NCBI GenBank assembly: GCA_030059665.1
Contig: JANVYR010000001.1
Span: 640,001-704,000 of the forward strand
Origin: Candidatus Calditenuis fumarioli
Lineage (GTDB): Archaea; Thermoproteota; Nitrososphaeria_A; Caldarchaeales; Calditenuaceae
DNA: 64,000 nucleotides
Direction: 5' to 3'
Below the pieces are notes generated by a model. It searched no databases. It had not been told where the DNA came from and saw only the letters and a program-made list of their open reading frames with translations. The position numbers were made by a program, and so were the translations under genes. Every line of letters starts with the position of its first letter. The first letter of the stretch is position 1. Shown piece by piece: positions 17,683 through 27,412 of this stretch.

Positions 17683-17955
17683 ATGAGCGGATGCGATCGA
17701 GCGAGCTTGTCCGCGGACGTATCGTTGAAGCTGCTGGAAAGGAGCCTGGGGAACCAGGTGCTGGTGAGGCTACGGAACGGAAGGCTTGTTAGGGGGACGT
17801 TGGTGGGGTTCGACAGGCACATGAACGTGGTCCTGAACCCCGCGGAGGAGGTCCTCCACGACGGCAACTCGGTACGGCTCGGAACCGTCCTGGTGAGGGG
17901 GGACAACATAGTGATGCTCTCGCCCAGCCGGCTCAGGGAGGGTGATGAGAGGTGA
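17683..17955 (+). CDS. LSm/Sm-like RNA-binding protein
   Basis: VRLRNGRLVRGTLVGFDRHMNVVL (Sm1), LVRGDNIV (Sm2). Confidence 0.93.
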   Translation: MSGCDRASLSADVSLKLLERSLGNQVLVRLRNGRLVRGTLVGFDRHMNVVLNPAEEVLHDGNSVRLGTVLVRGDNIVMLSPSRLREGDER

Positions 17956-18125
17956 CGAAGGGAACTCCCTCGATGGGGAAGTTCAAGACCCCGACCCACG
18001 GGAGGTGCAGGCGGTGCGGCCGGAGGTCCTTCCACTACAGGTCCAGGCGGTGCGCCCACTGCGGCTTCCCCGACCCCAAGTGGCGGAAGTACAGGTGGAT
18101 GAAGTCGCTGAAGGAGCGGATGTGA
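17952..18125 (+). CDS. rpl37e: 50S ribosomal protein L37e (not in ORF track; 57 aa)
   Basis: Manual translation MTKGTPSMGK...HGRCRRCGRRSFH...CAHCGF; GTGA overlap with LSm stop, the conserved Sm-L37e linkage. Confidence 0.95.
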   Translation: MTKGTPSMGKFKTPTHGRCRRCGRRSFHYRSRRCAHCGFPDPKWRKYRWMKSLKERM

Positions 18126-18135
18126 CGGAGAGCGC

Positions 18136-18735
18136 TCAACCGAACCGTTGACGCTCCCTCTCCAGCTCCTCCACCTCCTCCAGCAGCTCGAGGAGCTTCC
18201 TCCCCCTCTCCGAGAGCCTGTACGCCCTCTCCCCCGAGCCCTCCACTGGTTCCAGCAACCCGTGCCTCATCAGCAGCTCCACGTGCCTGTCCACGCTCTT
18301 CCAGTCCATCCCGAGCTCCCGGGCGAGCTGGTGCCTGTTCATCGGCTGCTGGAGCTGCCTCAGTATCCTCTGCCTCGTCGCTGCGCCCCGCATCCTCACC
18401 ACGAGCCTGAATACGTCGTAGTCGAAGTAGTTCCTCGACCAGACCCTCCGGACATAACCCTTGAACGCCAGCATCCCCAGTCCTCCGGAGAGGGCCGTCA
18501 CCCCGAGGGCCAGCTGGAGCGTTGCACCCACAGGTACCGCGGCACCAGGCGTCTCCGACTGCGGTGAGACCCCCCCGGGGGCAGCGCGCTGGACGGTCAC
18601 TTCCGAGGCCTCCCGGAAGGTCGCGATCCCTACGGTCCAGCCCGCGATCAGCACGAAGCCTGCGAGCAGGAGGATGATCCACGCAGCGGTGTAGGGCTTC
18701 GCGTGGACGGCGTCTATCCACCTCTCGACCCTCAT
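18136..18735 (-). CDS. Membrane-anchored winged-helix (ArsR-like) regulator
   Basis: Two TM segments then GAATRQRIL...NRHQLARELGMDWKSVDRHVELL...YRLSERG. Confidence 0.75.
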   Translation of the reverse strand: MRVERWIDAVHAKPYTAAWIILLLAGFVLIAGWTVGIATFREASEVTVQRAAPGGVSPQSETPGAAVPVGATLQLALGVTALSGGLGMLAFKGYVRRVWSRNYFDYDVFRLVVRMRGAATRQRILRQLQQPMNRHQLARELGMDWKSVDRHVELLMRHGLLEPVEGSGERAYRLSERGRKLLELLEEVEELERERQRFG

Positions 18736-18770
18736 CCGACCCGGGAGGAAAGCAGGTGGATATTTCTCAA

Positions 18771-18791
18771 TTTGCCAGAGCCTGTGGCAAA
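18771..18791. promoter_or_regulatory. Inverted repeat TTTGCCA-N7-TGGCAAA in divergent promoter, putative operator
   Basis: Perfect 7-bp arms just upstream of TATA-like GATATAT (18796-18802). Confidence 0.4.
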
Positions 18792-18823
18792 CCTCGATAT
18801 ATGCTCCGGAGGCAACTGATGGC

Positions 18824-19576
18824 GTGAGCTCGGTCGGTTCGCTCGATAGGGTCGCGCTGGTAGCGGTGGTCGCAGCGGTGGTGCTGGTGATGGCCGCGAC
18901 GCTCCTGAACCTCCAGCAGAGGCCCCTCCAGGTCGTGGGCACCGGATCCGAGACCAACTACATCTCGGTGACGGGGTTCGCTTCGGTCAAGATAGTCCCC
19001 GACGAGGCGAGGGTCGTCATAGGCGTCAGGACGAGGGGTGAGACGGCGGAGGAGGCGTCCAGGAGGAACGCGGAGGCGATGTCGAGGGTGGTCGATGAGC
19101 TCAGAAGGCTCGGCCTGACCGAGAGGGACATGCAGACTAGGTGGCTATCCGTCGACGCGGAGCAGGACTGCGTCAGCGGCAGGTGCGTGGTGGTGGGCTA
19201 CGTCGCTACCAACACAATCGAGGTCACGCTCAGGTCCGACAGGTTCCAGCTGATATCCCAGGTCATCGACAGGTCCGTTGCGGCCGGCGCCAACTACGTC
19301 CAAGGCGTCTACTTCACGGTCTCCGAGGAGAGGAGGAGGCAGATGGAGGAGGACCTGATGCGGTCGGCGATCGCCGACGCCAAGCGGAAGGCTCAGAGGG
19401 CCGCGGAGGAGCTCGGCGTCGGGATCAAGGGCGTTCTGAGCGTGGACTTGACCATCGATCAGGTGCCCTACCCGATCCCACTTGCGACGAGGACGACTTC
19501 CGGACCTGAGACGCCAATCGTTCCCGGTGAGGTAACGGTCACCGGGCGCGTGCTGGTCAGGTTCGCGATCGGATGA
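18824..19576 (+). CDS. SIMPL (DUF541) domain protein
   Basis: N-terminal TM; ISVTGFASVKIVPDEA, GANYVQGVYF, AIADAKRKA, PGEVTVT. Confidence 0.88.
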   Translation: MSSVGSLDRVALVAVVAAVVLVMAATLLNLQQRPLQVVGTGSETNYISVTGFASVKIVPDEARVVIGVRTRGETAEEASRRNAEAMSRVVDELRRLGLTERDMQTRWLSVDAEQDCVSGRCVVVGYVATNTIEVTLRSDRFQLISQVIDRSVAAGANYVQGVYFTVSEERRRQMEEDLMRSAIADAKRKAQRAAEELGVGIKGVLSVDLTIDQVPYPIPLATRTTSGPETPIVPGEVTVTGRVLVRFAIG

Positions 19577-19579
19577 CCT

Positions 19580-22339
19580 TCACCGGTTCCCCGCGAGGAG
19601 CCTACGGAGCACGTACTGCATTATTCCTCCGTGCCTGTAGTACTCGACCTCGATCGGCGTATCGAGCCGTGCGGTCACCTTGAACTCCACCACGGACCCG
19701 TCCGACTTGGTGGCCCTCACGGTCAGCTCCTTCCTCGGCCTCAGACCCTCCGAGATTCCGAGGACGTCGAAGGTCTCGGTCCCGTCCAGCCCGAGCGACT
19801 TCCAGCTATCTCCAGGCTTGAACTGGAGCGGAAGGACTCCCATCCCGACGAGGTTGCTCCGGTGGATCCTCTCGAAGCTCTCGGCTATGACCGCCTTCAC
19901 CCCGAGGAGGTAGACGCCCTTCGCGGCCCAGTCCCTCGAGCTCCCGGCTCCGTACTGCTTCCCCGCCAGGACGATCAGGGGAACCCCCTCGGCCTTGTAC
20001 CGCATCGCGGCGTCGTAAACCGGCATCACCTCTCCCGTCGGTAGGTACTTCGTCCACCAGCCCTCCTTCCCCGGAACGAGCAGGTTCTTCAGCCGGACGT
20101 TCGCGAAGGTCCCCCTCATCATCACCTCGTGGTTACCGCGCCTCGCGCCGTAGGTGTTGAAGTCCGCGGGGTCGACGCCCTGCTCCATCAGGTACTTGCC
20201 GGCTGGGCTGCCGGGCAATATGGCCCCTGCGGGCGAGATGTGGTCGGTGGTTATCCGGTCGCCGAGGAGCACCAGAACCCTGGCGCCGATGATGTCCTCC
20301 GGCTCCCTGAACTCGAGCGAGAAGCCCTCGAAGAACGGCGGCTCCTTGATGTAGGTCGACCTGGGGTCCCAGACGAAGACGTCACCTGAAGGGGCCTCGA
20401 GCGATCTCCACCGCTCGTCTCCCTCGAAGACCTTCGCGTACTTCTCCTTGAACAGCTCCGGCGTCAGCGATCCCTCGATGACCTCCCTGATCTCCGACAG
20501 CTTCGGCCATATGTCCCTCAGGTAGACCGGTCTCCCGTCCCTGCCGAGGCCGAGCGGTTCCTCGAGCAGGTTGATGTCCGCCCTCCCGGCGATGGCGTAG
20601 GCGACCACCAGCATCGGCGAGGCGAGGAAGTTCCCCCTCACCTGCGGGTGGATCCTGCCCTCGAAGTTCCTGTTCCCGCTAAGCACCGAGAAGGTGATCA
20701 GGTCGTACCGCTCGATCGCCTCGGCCACCTCCTTCGGGAGCGGGCCGCTGTTGCCGATGCAGGTGGTGCACCCGAAACCCACGAGCGAGAAGCCGAGCTC
20801 CTCCAAGTACCTGTACAGCCCTGAGCGGAGGAGGTACTCGTAGACGATCTGCGATCCGGGAGCGAGGCTCGTCTTGACGTACCTCGGCACCCTGAGTCCC
20901 CTCTCGACCGCCTTCTTGGCGAGCAGCCCTGCTCCGACCATGACCGTAGGGTTCGAGGTGTTCGTGCAGCTGGTGATCGCAGCTATCACGATCGAGCCGT
21001 CCCTGAGCCTGTACGACTCTCCGTTCACTGTCACCGATGCCTCCCTCACCTCCAAGCTTCTCTGGAGCTGCGCCGCCGCCTGCCCTCCTCCCTCACCCTC
21101 CCACACGTTGCCGGTCGCCGCGACCGCTGCTGATGACCTCACCTTTCTGATGTAATCCTGCACGACCCTCTTCAGGTCCGCGATGCCGAGCCTGTCCTCC
21201 GGGTTCGCGGGCCCCGCGAGGCTGGTCTCGACGTCCTCGAGCCTCAGCACCACCACCTCGCTGTACCTTCCCCTCCACTCGTAATCCTCGAGGAAGAGCC
21301 CCTGGGCCCTGGCGTAGGCCTCGACCAGCGCGATCCGCTCTGAGCTCCTGCCGGTCATCCTCAGGTACTCGATGGTGTGACGGTCGATGGGGAAGTAACC
21401 GACGGTGGCGCCGTACTCGGGAGCCATGTTGGCGATCGTCGCCCTGTCCGGAACCGAGAGGTTGGCAAGGCCGGGTCCGAAGAACTCGACGAACTTGCCC
21501 ACGACGTTCTTGCGCCGGAGGAGCTCCGTCACGTGAAGCACCAGGTCGGTGGCCGTGACGCCCTCCCTGAGCTCGCCCTCGAGCCTGACGCCCACCACCT
21601 CAGGTACGGTCATGTAGTAGGGCTGTCCGAGCATCACCGCCTCAGCCTCTATCCCCCCGACCCCCCATCCCAGAACCCCCATGCCGTTCACCATCGGCGT
21701 GTGCGAGTCGGTCCCCAGCAGCGTGTCAGGGAAGGCTACGCGCTCTCCGTCGATGACGCGGTCGTCGATCACGGTCGCCAGGTACTCGAGGTTGACCTGG
21801 TGTACGATGCCCGTGCCCGGAGGGACCACGTGGAAATTAGAGAAGGCCTTCTGGGCCCACTTCAGCAACACGTACCTCTCCCTGTTCCTCTCGTACTCGA
21901 GGTCGAGGTTGAGCAGGTATGCGTCGGACCTCCTGAAGAAGTCGACCTGGATCGAGTGGTCGATGACCAGGTGGACGGGCACCAGAGGGTTGACGAGCCT
22001 TGGGTCCTTGCCGAGCCTCTTGGCCACCCCCCTCATCGCGGCCAGGTCGACCACCAGCGGGACGCCGGTGAAGTCCTGGAGCAGCACCCTCGTCGGGTGA
22101 AACGGTATCTCCTCGACGGTCGGCGCCGAGAGGCCCCAGTGTCCCAGCGCTTTGACCTCCTCCTCCGTCACGACCCCCTTCCCGAGGTTCCTGTAGAGGT
22201 TCTCCAGCAGGACCCTGATGGAGAAGGGCAGCTCTCCGATGTCCTTCGCGAGGCCCACCTCCTCGAGGTCCGCGAGCCTGTAGTACCTGAACGTCCCGAA
22301 GGGGAGCTCCAGATGGGCCGTCAATCCGGTACGCTTCAA
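19580..22339 (-). CDS. acnA: Aconitate hydratase A
   Basis: QDFTGVP, DHSIQ, TDSHT, ITSCTNTSNP, GCTTCIGNSG, SGNRNFEGR, TTDHISPAG, GSSRDWAAKG. Confidence 0.97.
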   Translation of the reverse strand: MKRTGLTAHLELPFGTFRYYRLADLEEVGLAKDIGELPFSIRVLLENLYRNLGKGVVTEEEVKALGHWGLSAPTVEEIPFHPTRVLLQDFTGVPLVVDLAAMRGVAKRLGKDPRLVNPLVPVHLVIDHSIQVDFFRRSDAYLLNLDLEYERNRERYVLLKWAQKAFSNFHVVPPGTGIVHQVNLEYLATVIDDRVIDGERVAFPDTLLGTDSHTPMVNGMGVLGWGVGGIEAEAVMLGQPYYMTVPEVVGVRLEGELREGVTATDLVLHVTELLRRKNVVGKFVEFFGPGLANLSVPDRATIANMAPEYGATVGYFPIDRHTIEYLRMTGRSSERIALVEAYARAQGLFLEDYEWRGRYSEVVVLRLEDVETSLAGPANPEDRLGIADLKRVVQDYIRKVRSSAAVAATGNVWEGEGGGQAAAQLQRSLEVREASVTVNGESYRLRDGSIVIAAITSCTNTSNPTVMVGAGLLAKKAVERGLRVPRYVKTSLAPGSQIVYEYLLRSGLYRYLEELGFSLVGFGCTTCIGNSGPLPKEVAEAIERYDLITFSVLSGNRNFEGRIHPQVRGNFLASPMLVVAYAIAGRADINLLEEPLGLGRDGRPVYLRDIWPKLSEIREVIEGSLTPELFKEKYAKVFEGDERWRSLEAPSGDVFVWDPRSTYIKEPPFFEGFSLEFREPEDIIGARVLVLLGDRITTDHISPAGAILPGSPAGKYLMEQGVDPADFNTYGARRGNHEVMMRGTFANVRLKNLLVPGKEGWWTKYLPTGEVMPVYDAAMRYKAEGVPLIVLAGKQYGAGSSRDWAAKGVYLLGVKAVIAESFERIHRSNLVGMGVLPLQFKPGDSWKSLGLDGTETFDVLGISEGLRPRKELTVRATKSDGSVVEFKVTARLDTPIEVEYYRHGGIMQYVLRRLLAGNR

Positions 22340-22376
22340 CTCGCGATGAAATTAATGGATATCATTGGATAACGGG

Positions 22377-22985
22377 TCAGCGCCTCACGCAGAGCGCGAC
22401 GAAGTTGCCGAGGATCCTCATTCCCGTCCGACCCGACTTCTCGGGGTGGAACTGGGTCCCGTAGAGGTTTCCGGAGCAGATGACCGCGGGGAACTCGAGA
22501 CCAGCGTACTCGGAGAGGGCCACGACGACCTCCGGGTCCTCCGGTGACGGCGCGTACGAGTGGACGTAGTAGACCCAGTCTCCCGAGTTGACGCCTTCGA
22601 GGAGCTCGCAGTCCCTGACGACCCTCAGCCTGCTCCAGCCTATGTGGGGGAGCTTCGCGCTTACCCTCAGCCTCAGCACCCTTCCCTTCAGGATCCCGAG
22701 TCCCCTTCCCGGGCCCTCCTCGCTCTCCTCGAAGAGCAGCTGCATTCCCAGGCAGATCCCGAGCACGGGAACACCGGACGCGATGAGGTCTGCGATCCTT
22801 TCCCTGTGGGCGGAGATGTTCCTCGAACCCTCCTCGAAGTTGCCGACACCAGGGACGACGAGGCCGTCGATCTCCGTCCATCCGGATTCGTCCAGGAGCA
22901 ACACCTCAGCGCCGAGCCTCGAGAGGGCTCTGGTCACGCTGAAGAGGTTGCCGACTCCGTAGGTCAGCACGCCGATCCTCGGCAT
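22377..22985 (-). CDS. hisH: Imidazole glycerol phosphate synthase subunit HisH
   Basis: GVGNL, PGVGNF, GICLGMQ, PHIGW, QFHPEKS. Confidence 0.95.
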   Translation of the reverse strand: MPRIGVLTYGVGNLFSVTRALSRLGAEVLLLDESGWTEIDGLVVPGVGNFEEGSRNISAHRERIADLIASGVPVLGICLGMQLLFEESEEGPGRGLGILKGRVLRLRVSAKLPHIGWSRLRVVRDCELLEGVNSGDWVYYVHSYAPSPEDPEVVVALSEYAGLEFPAVICSGNLYGTQFHPEKSGRTGMRILGNFVALCVRR

Positions 22986-23091
22986 ACCTTAACCCGTTCC
23001 ACCGCAGCTCGCCATCGGATAAATCGAGTGCCTTTCTAATGGAGGAGCTGGGCTCTGGTGATGCGGTCGCCTCGGTACGGGCCCTCACGCG

Positions 23092-23943
23092 TCAAGCGGC
23101 CAACGGCGGGAGGACGATTCCGACCAGCACGAAGAGCAGCCAGGGGCTCGAGAGCTTGAAGGACCTCCATGCGTTGGCCTCGTCAGGCCTCCTCAGCAAC
23201 CTCACCGTCTCCAACGCGAGCATGGCCGTCGGGACCGACGTCGTCAGCAGGAAGGGGACCGGGTCCTTGAGGAGGAGAGCCAGCGCGGCCCAGCAGGCCA
23301 GGAGCAGCGCGTTCGATGCGGCTATCGCGAGCGCCGTCGCCCTCACGCCCCTGGTAACAGGCATCATCGGAAGCCCGGCCCTCCTGTAGTCCTCGGAGGC
23401 CCTGATCGCGAGGCTCCAGAAGTGTCCCGGGGTCCAGAGGAGGACTAGCAGAGCCACCGCCACAGAGATGGGGGTGAAGGTTCCGGCCGCCGCAGCGGAC
23501 CCCGCGAGGGGAGGGAAGGAGCCGGCGACACCGCCGATCACGATGTTCAGGTCGGTCCTCCGCTTGAGGTAGAGGGTGTAGAGCAGCACGTAGGAGAGCG
23601 CTCCCAGGAGCATCGAGAGGGCCGTCAGCGGATTGAAGAGGACCAGCGCGAGTAGCGTGGAGGCGGAAGTCAGCGCTACTCCCAGGAGCAGCGCCGTACC
23701 CCTTCCCACCCTGCCGCTGGGAACTGGCCTCCGGGCGGTCCTCCTCATCTTCGCGTCGAGGTCCGCGTCGAGGGCGTTGTTCAGCGCGCTTGCCCCTCCA
23801 GCGGCCGCGTAGCCCAGGGCTCCGAGCAGCGGCAAACCCAGCGGTGCACCTCCGGAGGCGACGTAGCAGGCGAGAGCGGAGGCGACGTTCAGCAGGGTGA
23901 TCTTCGGCTTCGTCAGCGTCAGCAGGTCTCTGAGCAGTCCCAT
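23092..23943 (-). CDS. cyoE: Protoheme IX farnesyltransferase (heme O synthase)
   Basis: LTKPKI, NNALDADLDAKMRRTARRPVPSG, YTLYLKRRT, WTPGHFW. Confidence 0.93.
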   Translation of the reverse strand: MGLLRDLLTLTKPKITLLNVASALACYVASGGAPLGLPLLGALGYAAAGGASALNNALDADLDAKMRRTARRPVPSGRVGRGTALLLGVALTSASTLLALVLFNPLTALSMLLGALSYVLLYTLYLKRRTDLNIVIGGVAGSFPPLAGSAAAAGTFTPISVAVALLVLLWTPGHFWSLAIRASEDYRRAGLPMMPVTRGVRATALAIAASNALLLACWAALALLLKDPVPFLLTTSVPTAMLALETVRLLRRPDEANAWRSFKLSSPWLLFVLVGIVLPPLAA

Positions 23944-24041
23944 CCGCAGACGAGCAGGTGCTGCAGCAATTTACCTTCATCTCGTTTACGCGGTGGCAGG
24001 GCCGGAGCGTTCATCAGCGAGGAGGCCGTGTTGGGTCCGGA

Positions 24042-24584
24042 ATGGTCAGGGGAAGGCTCCTCCAGGACCTGACGGTCGAGGTTACCGGACCGGAGGCCAA
24101 CGAGGTCTACGGATGGGGGTTCGGCAGGCTCTCGGGGCCGAGGAGGCTCGTCCTTGAGCCCCACGAGGCGCTCTACCTGGTCGAGGAGGGGAGGCTGGAG
24201 GTCGAGAGGGACGGCGAGAAGCTCGGCGTGCAGGAGCTGCTGGACCTCTACGCCAGCTCGATCGAGGGCTTCTGGGTCAGGTACGTGATCTACAGGGACG
24301 TGAAGAGGAGGAGGCTGAGGGTTGGGAGGGGGCCGGACGACGTGCTCTTCCTTCGGGTCTTCGAGCGGGGGAGAACGGACACGGCCAGGTTCCTGGTGAT
24401 GCCGCTCTTCGAGGGCGAGCCGATCACCGTCGGCGAGCTGCTCAGGCGCTCACGTCAGTCGATGGACCAGGGGAAGCAGCTGCTCCTGGCTATCGTCGAG
24501 CGTCGCGGCGAGGTGATCTACTACCTCTGCACCGAGACCTCACCCGTGAGCCCGAGGCCAGGTCAGAAAGGTGGGGAGGGTTGA
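24042..24584 (+). CDS. endA: tRNA splicing endonuclease subunit, probably the non-catalytic (structural) subunit
   Basis: LEPHEALYL, YVIYRDVK, KQLLLAIVERRGEVIYY; catalytic Tyr/His positions not evident. Confidence 0.75.
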   Translation: MVRGRLLQDLTVEVTGPEANEVYGWGFGRLSGPRRLVLEPHEALYLVEEGRLEVERDGEKLGVQELLDLYASSIEGFWVRYVIYRDVKRRRLRVGRGPDDVLFLRVFERGRTDTARFLVMPLFEGEPITVGELLRRSRQSMDQGKQLLLAIVERRGEVIYYLCTETSPVSPRPGQKGGEG

Positions 24585-25441
24585 GGAAGGCAAAAGCGCT
24601 GCTGGCGCTGACGAGGCCTCCGAACGGCCTGATGATGTTCCTCGGCGTGCTCGCGGGTCACTTCGTCTCCTCCGGTCGGGCCCCCGAACCGCCCTCCGCT
24701 GCGCTGGCCTTCCTCACGGCCTACTGTCTCAACGGATCCTCGATGGCGGTGAACGACGTGATCGACCTCGACGTCGACCGGGTCAACGCTCCGGAGAGAC
24801 CTCTGCCCTCGGGTGCGATCAAAGTCCGTGAGGCCATCGTCCTCGCAGCCGCCCTCGGAGCCGTCGGCCTCTGGTCCTCGCTCCTTCTGGGGCCGGTGAC
24901 CTTCGCGATCGCGGTGGCATTCTACGCCGTTGCGCTCACATACAACGTCCTCCTGAAGCCTCTCGGTCTTCTCGGCAACGCGGCCGTCAGCTCCACCGTG
25001 GCAGCGCCATTCCTCTTCGGTTCCGCGATGGCGTCGGGGTCTCCGGAGGCTGGTGCAACGGCGCTCGCGCTCCTCGCGGGCCTCTCGAACCTCGGCAGGG
25101 AGGTGGTGAAGGGGATCGCGGACGTGGAGGGGGACAAGATTAGGGGCCTGCGGACGGTGGCGCTGAGCAGGGGCGAACGGTCTGCGGCCCTCATCGGAGC
25201 GTCCTTCGTGCTCGCAGCGGTGGCGCTCAGCCCCCTGCCCTACCTCCTCGGAGTGCTGGGCTGGGCGTACGTCCCGGTGGTGCTGGTCGCAGATGCCGGA
25301 TTCGTCTGGTCCTCCGCTTCCGTGATCAGGGACCCGAGCCCGGAGAACGCAAGGAGGGTGAAGAACCAGTACCTGCTATGGATGCTGGTGGCCCTGATCG
25401 CCTTCCTCCTCGGCTCCCTCACCGCCCCCAGGCCCGGCTAG
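24581..25441 (+). CDS. Digeranylgeranylglyceryl-phosphate synthase (UbiA family)
   Basis: LTRPPN, NDVIDLDVDRVNAPERPLPSG, REVVKGIADVEGD. Confidence 0.88.
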   Translation: MRKAKALLALTRPPNGLMMFLGVLAGHFVSSGRAPEPPSAALAFLTAYCLNGSSMAVNDVIDLDVDRVNAPERPLPSGAIKVREAIVLAAALGAVGLWSSLLLGPVTFAIAVAFYAVALTYNVLLKPLGLLGNAAVSSTVAAPFLFGSAMASGSPEAGATALALLAGLSNLGREVVKGIADVEGDKIRGLRTVALSRGERSAALIGASFVLAAVALSPLPYLLGVLGWAYVPVVLVADAGFVWSSASVIRDPSPENARRVKNQYLLWMLVALIAFLLGSLTAPRPG

Positions 25442-26494
25442 CGCTTCCTCCTCTCCAAGGCCCCTGATCGCCGTGTAGAGCGCTATCAGCGCCGCTGGCG
25501 CGGCCAGCTCCGTCGGGAGCGTCACGTCAGGGCAGAGGTCGATCACCGCGTCCGCGAGCCTGAAGACTCCCTTAGGTATCCCCTCCCTCGACCCGAAGAG
25601 CAGGTTGATCCTGCGGCCACGCCTCAAGACCTCCGCGACCCTCTCGGCCTCCCGGTAGAGCTCCCTGCCCTCCGGCTCGAAGACGACGATCGGCTCGTCC
25701 CTCCTCGAGAGCACCAGCTGGTAGAGGTCCTGAACGACGACCCTCACCGGCTCAACCCTCCTGTGGTAGGTCCTCCGCTGGACCTCGAGCCGGGACTCTA
25801 TTCCCTCCCTCACGCCATCGATGAAGGCTGAGAGCTCGAAGGCGTCGCACTCACCGGCCGGAGCGATCACCAGCTCCCCGACCTCGAAGGCCTGCGCGAA
25901 CCTCCCCACCCTCCTGCCCACCTCCCTCGCGCCCTCGATCGACCCGAGGTACGGCATCTGGACGACCGAGACTCTCCTGAAGAACCTCCACGACCCGACC
26001 TTTCCCGGGACCATCTTCCTGTGCTCCTCGGAGCCCTCGACGACCGCGATCGCCGTCCGGTCACCGATCACCTCCACCATCACCACCTTCTCAGGGTTGT
26101 CCAGGTCGACTCTCGCGCCCGTGACGTTTTGCACGACCGCGCCGACCCTCGCGTTGATCTCAAGCGATGTGAAGCCGGATTTCGCCCTCCTCACCGTCCT
26201 GACCGCGAAGCTCTCACCCGGGCCTATCCTGTCCCTGACGACCTCCGCGGCCGCCCGCGCTATCTCGTCGGGCTCGGACCTCACCACCGCGAGTGGCCTG
26301 ATCACCCGCTCTGCCTCGGGGACCTCCGAGGAGATCTTCGAGAGGAGGGATTCCGGGTCAGTGCAGCGCTCGACGATCACCAGGCCGCGCAGGCCGAGTG
26401 GGGATGCAACGACCTCCGCTTCCCTGTCGAGAAGCAGTATCTTCGACCTGACGAGGCGCTCGAGCCCGAGAGGGGTCTTCACGATCAGCTCCAT
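25376..26494 (-). CDS. THUMP plus SPOUT-domain RNA methyltransferase
   Basis: THUMP (FAVRTVRR...VDLDNPEKVVMVE) and SPOUT knot (LFGSREGIPKG...VTLPTE). Confidence 0.8.
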   Translation of the reverse strand: MELIVKTPLGLERLVRSKILLLDREAEVVASPLGLRGLVIVERCTDPESLLSKISSEVPEAERVIRPLAVVRSEPDEIARAAAEVVRDRIGPGESFAVRTVRRAKSGFTSLEINARVGAVVQNVTGARVDLDNPEKVVMVEVIGDRTAIAVVEGSEEHRKMVPGKVGSWRFFRRVSVVQMPYLGSIEGAREVGRRVGRFAQAFEVGELVIAPAGECDAFELSAFIDGVREGIESRLEVQRRTYHRRVEPVRVVVQDLYQLVLSRRDEPIVVFEPEGRELYREAERVAEVLRRGRRINLLFGSREGIPKGVFRLADAVIDLCPDVTLPTELAAPAALIALYTAIRGLGEEEALAGPGGGEGAEEEGDQGHQHP

Positions 26495-26497
26495 TCT

Positions 26498-26938
26498 CTA
26501 AGCGAGGACGAGGCGCTCGACCTTGAAGTGCCTCCGCAGCAGCTCCCGGACCGCCTTCAGGTTCTTCCCGCCCTTCCCTATCGCCTTCCCCTTCTCCTCC
26601 TCCGGTACGCGGACGATCGCGGTCACCTTCCCGTCGCGCTCGGTTATCTCGACCTCCTTCACGTTCGCCGGCAGCATCGCGTTCACCAGGAACTCCTTCA
26701 GGTCGTCCGAGTGCTCGACCACCTTCACCCTCTTCCCACCCAGCAGCTGGCTGAGGTCCGTGAGCTTCCTTCCGCCCTCCCCTACGGCCTTCCCCGCGTC
26801 GCCCTTCCTCACCATGAAGACGATGAGGTCGTCGAGCTCGAGGTAGTCAAGCACCTCGACGTCGGTGAGCTGCTCGAAGATCGCGATGTACCTCCACTCC
26901 TTCTCCGTGATCTTCAGCCCCTCCCTGTTGGAGGGCAT
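26498..26938 (-). CDS. nusA: Archaeal NusA (two KH domains)
   Basis: GKAVGEGG, KVVEHS, GKAIGKGGKN. Confidence 0.92.
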   Translation of the reverse strand: MPSNREGLKITEKEWRYIAIFEQLTDVEVLDYLELDDLIVFMVRKGDAGKAVGEGGRKLTDLSQLLGGKRVKVVEHSDDLKEFLVNAMLPANVKEVEITERDGKVTAIVRVPEEEKGKAIGKGGKNLKAVRELLRRHFKVERLVLA

Positions 26939-26942
26939 CGCC

Positions 26943-27236
26943 TCAACCTCCCCTGCCGAGCGACGAGGACCCGGGATCTATCACTGCGACCGTCGAGGCG
27001 TGGAACGGCTTGCCGAGAAGCCTCCCCAGCTCCATCGAGCTCATCCCTGTCTCGATCACCTGGATCCCCGTCATTTTCGAGGCGGCCATCAGCTCGGCCC
27101 TGAACTTCTCCGGACAGTCCTTAGCGATCAGCACGGCCTTCGACTCGCGGCGGAGCATCGAGAGGTACGACTGCCTGAATCCGAGCACGAACTTCCCCGT
27201 CCTCCGCAACACGGTCAGCTCCGTTTTGACGTCCAT
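26943..27236 (-). CDS. rpl30e: 50S ribosomal protein L30e
   Basis: TGKFVLG, ELGRLLGKPF, IDPGSS. Confidence 0.93.
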   Translation of the reverse strand: MDVKTELTVLRRTGKFVLGFRQSYLSMLRRESKAVLIAKDCPEKFRAELMAASKMTGIQVIETGMSSMELGRLLGKPFHASTVAVIDPGSSSLGRGG

Positions 27237-27412
27237 GCTTCGTCGATGTATTCTATCATCCGCTCTTTAATAAGATGTTCGCTGCATCGGCCGCCATTGA
27301 GGGGATCACCGCGTTGGGGGTAAGTCCACCCTGTGGACCTGGCCTGCTATTATTCCGTTCGCCGGCGGGCCAGCAAAAGCTCATAACTGGGACGGGAATC
27401 AAAAAGTCGGGC

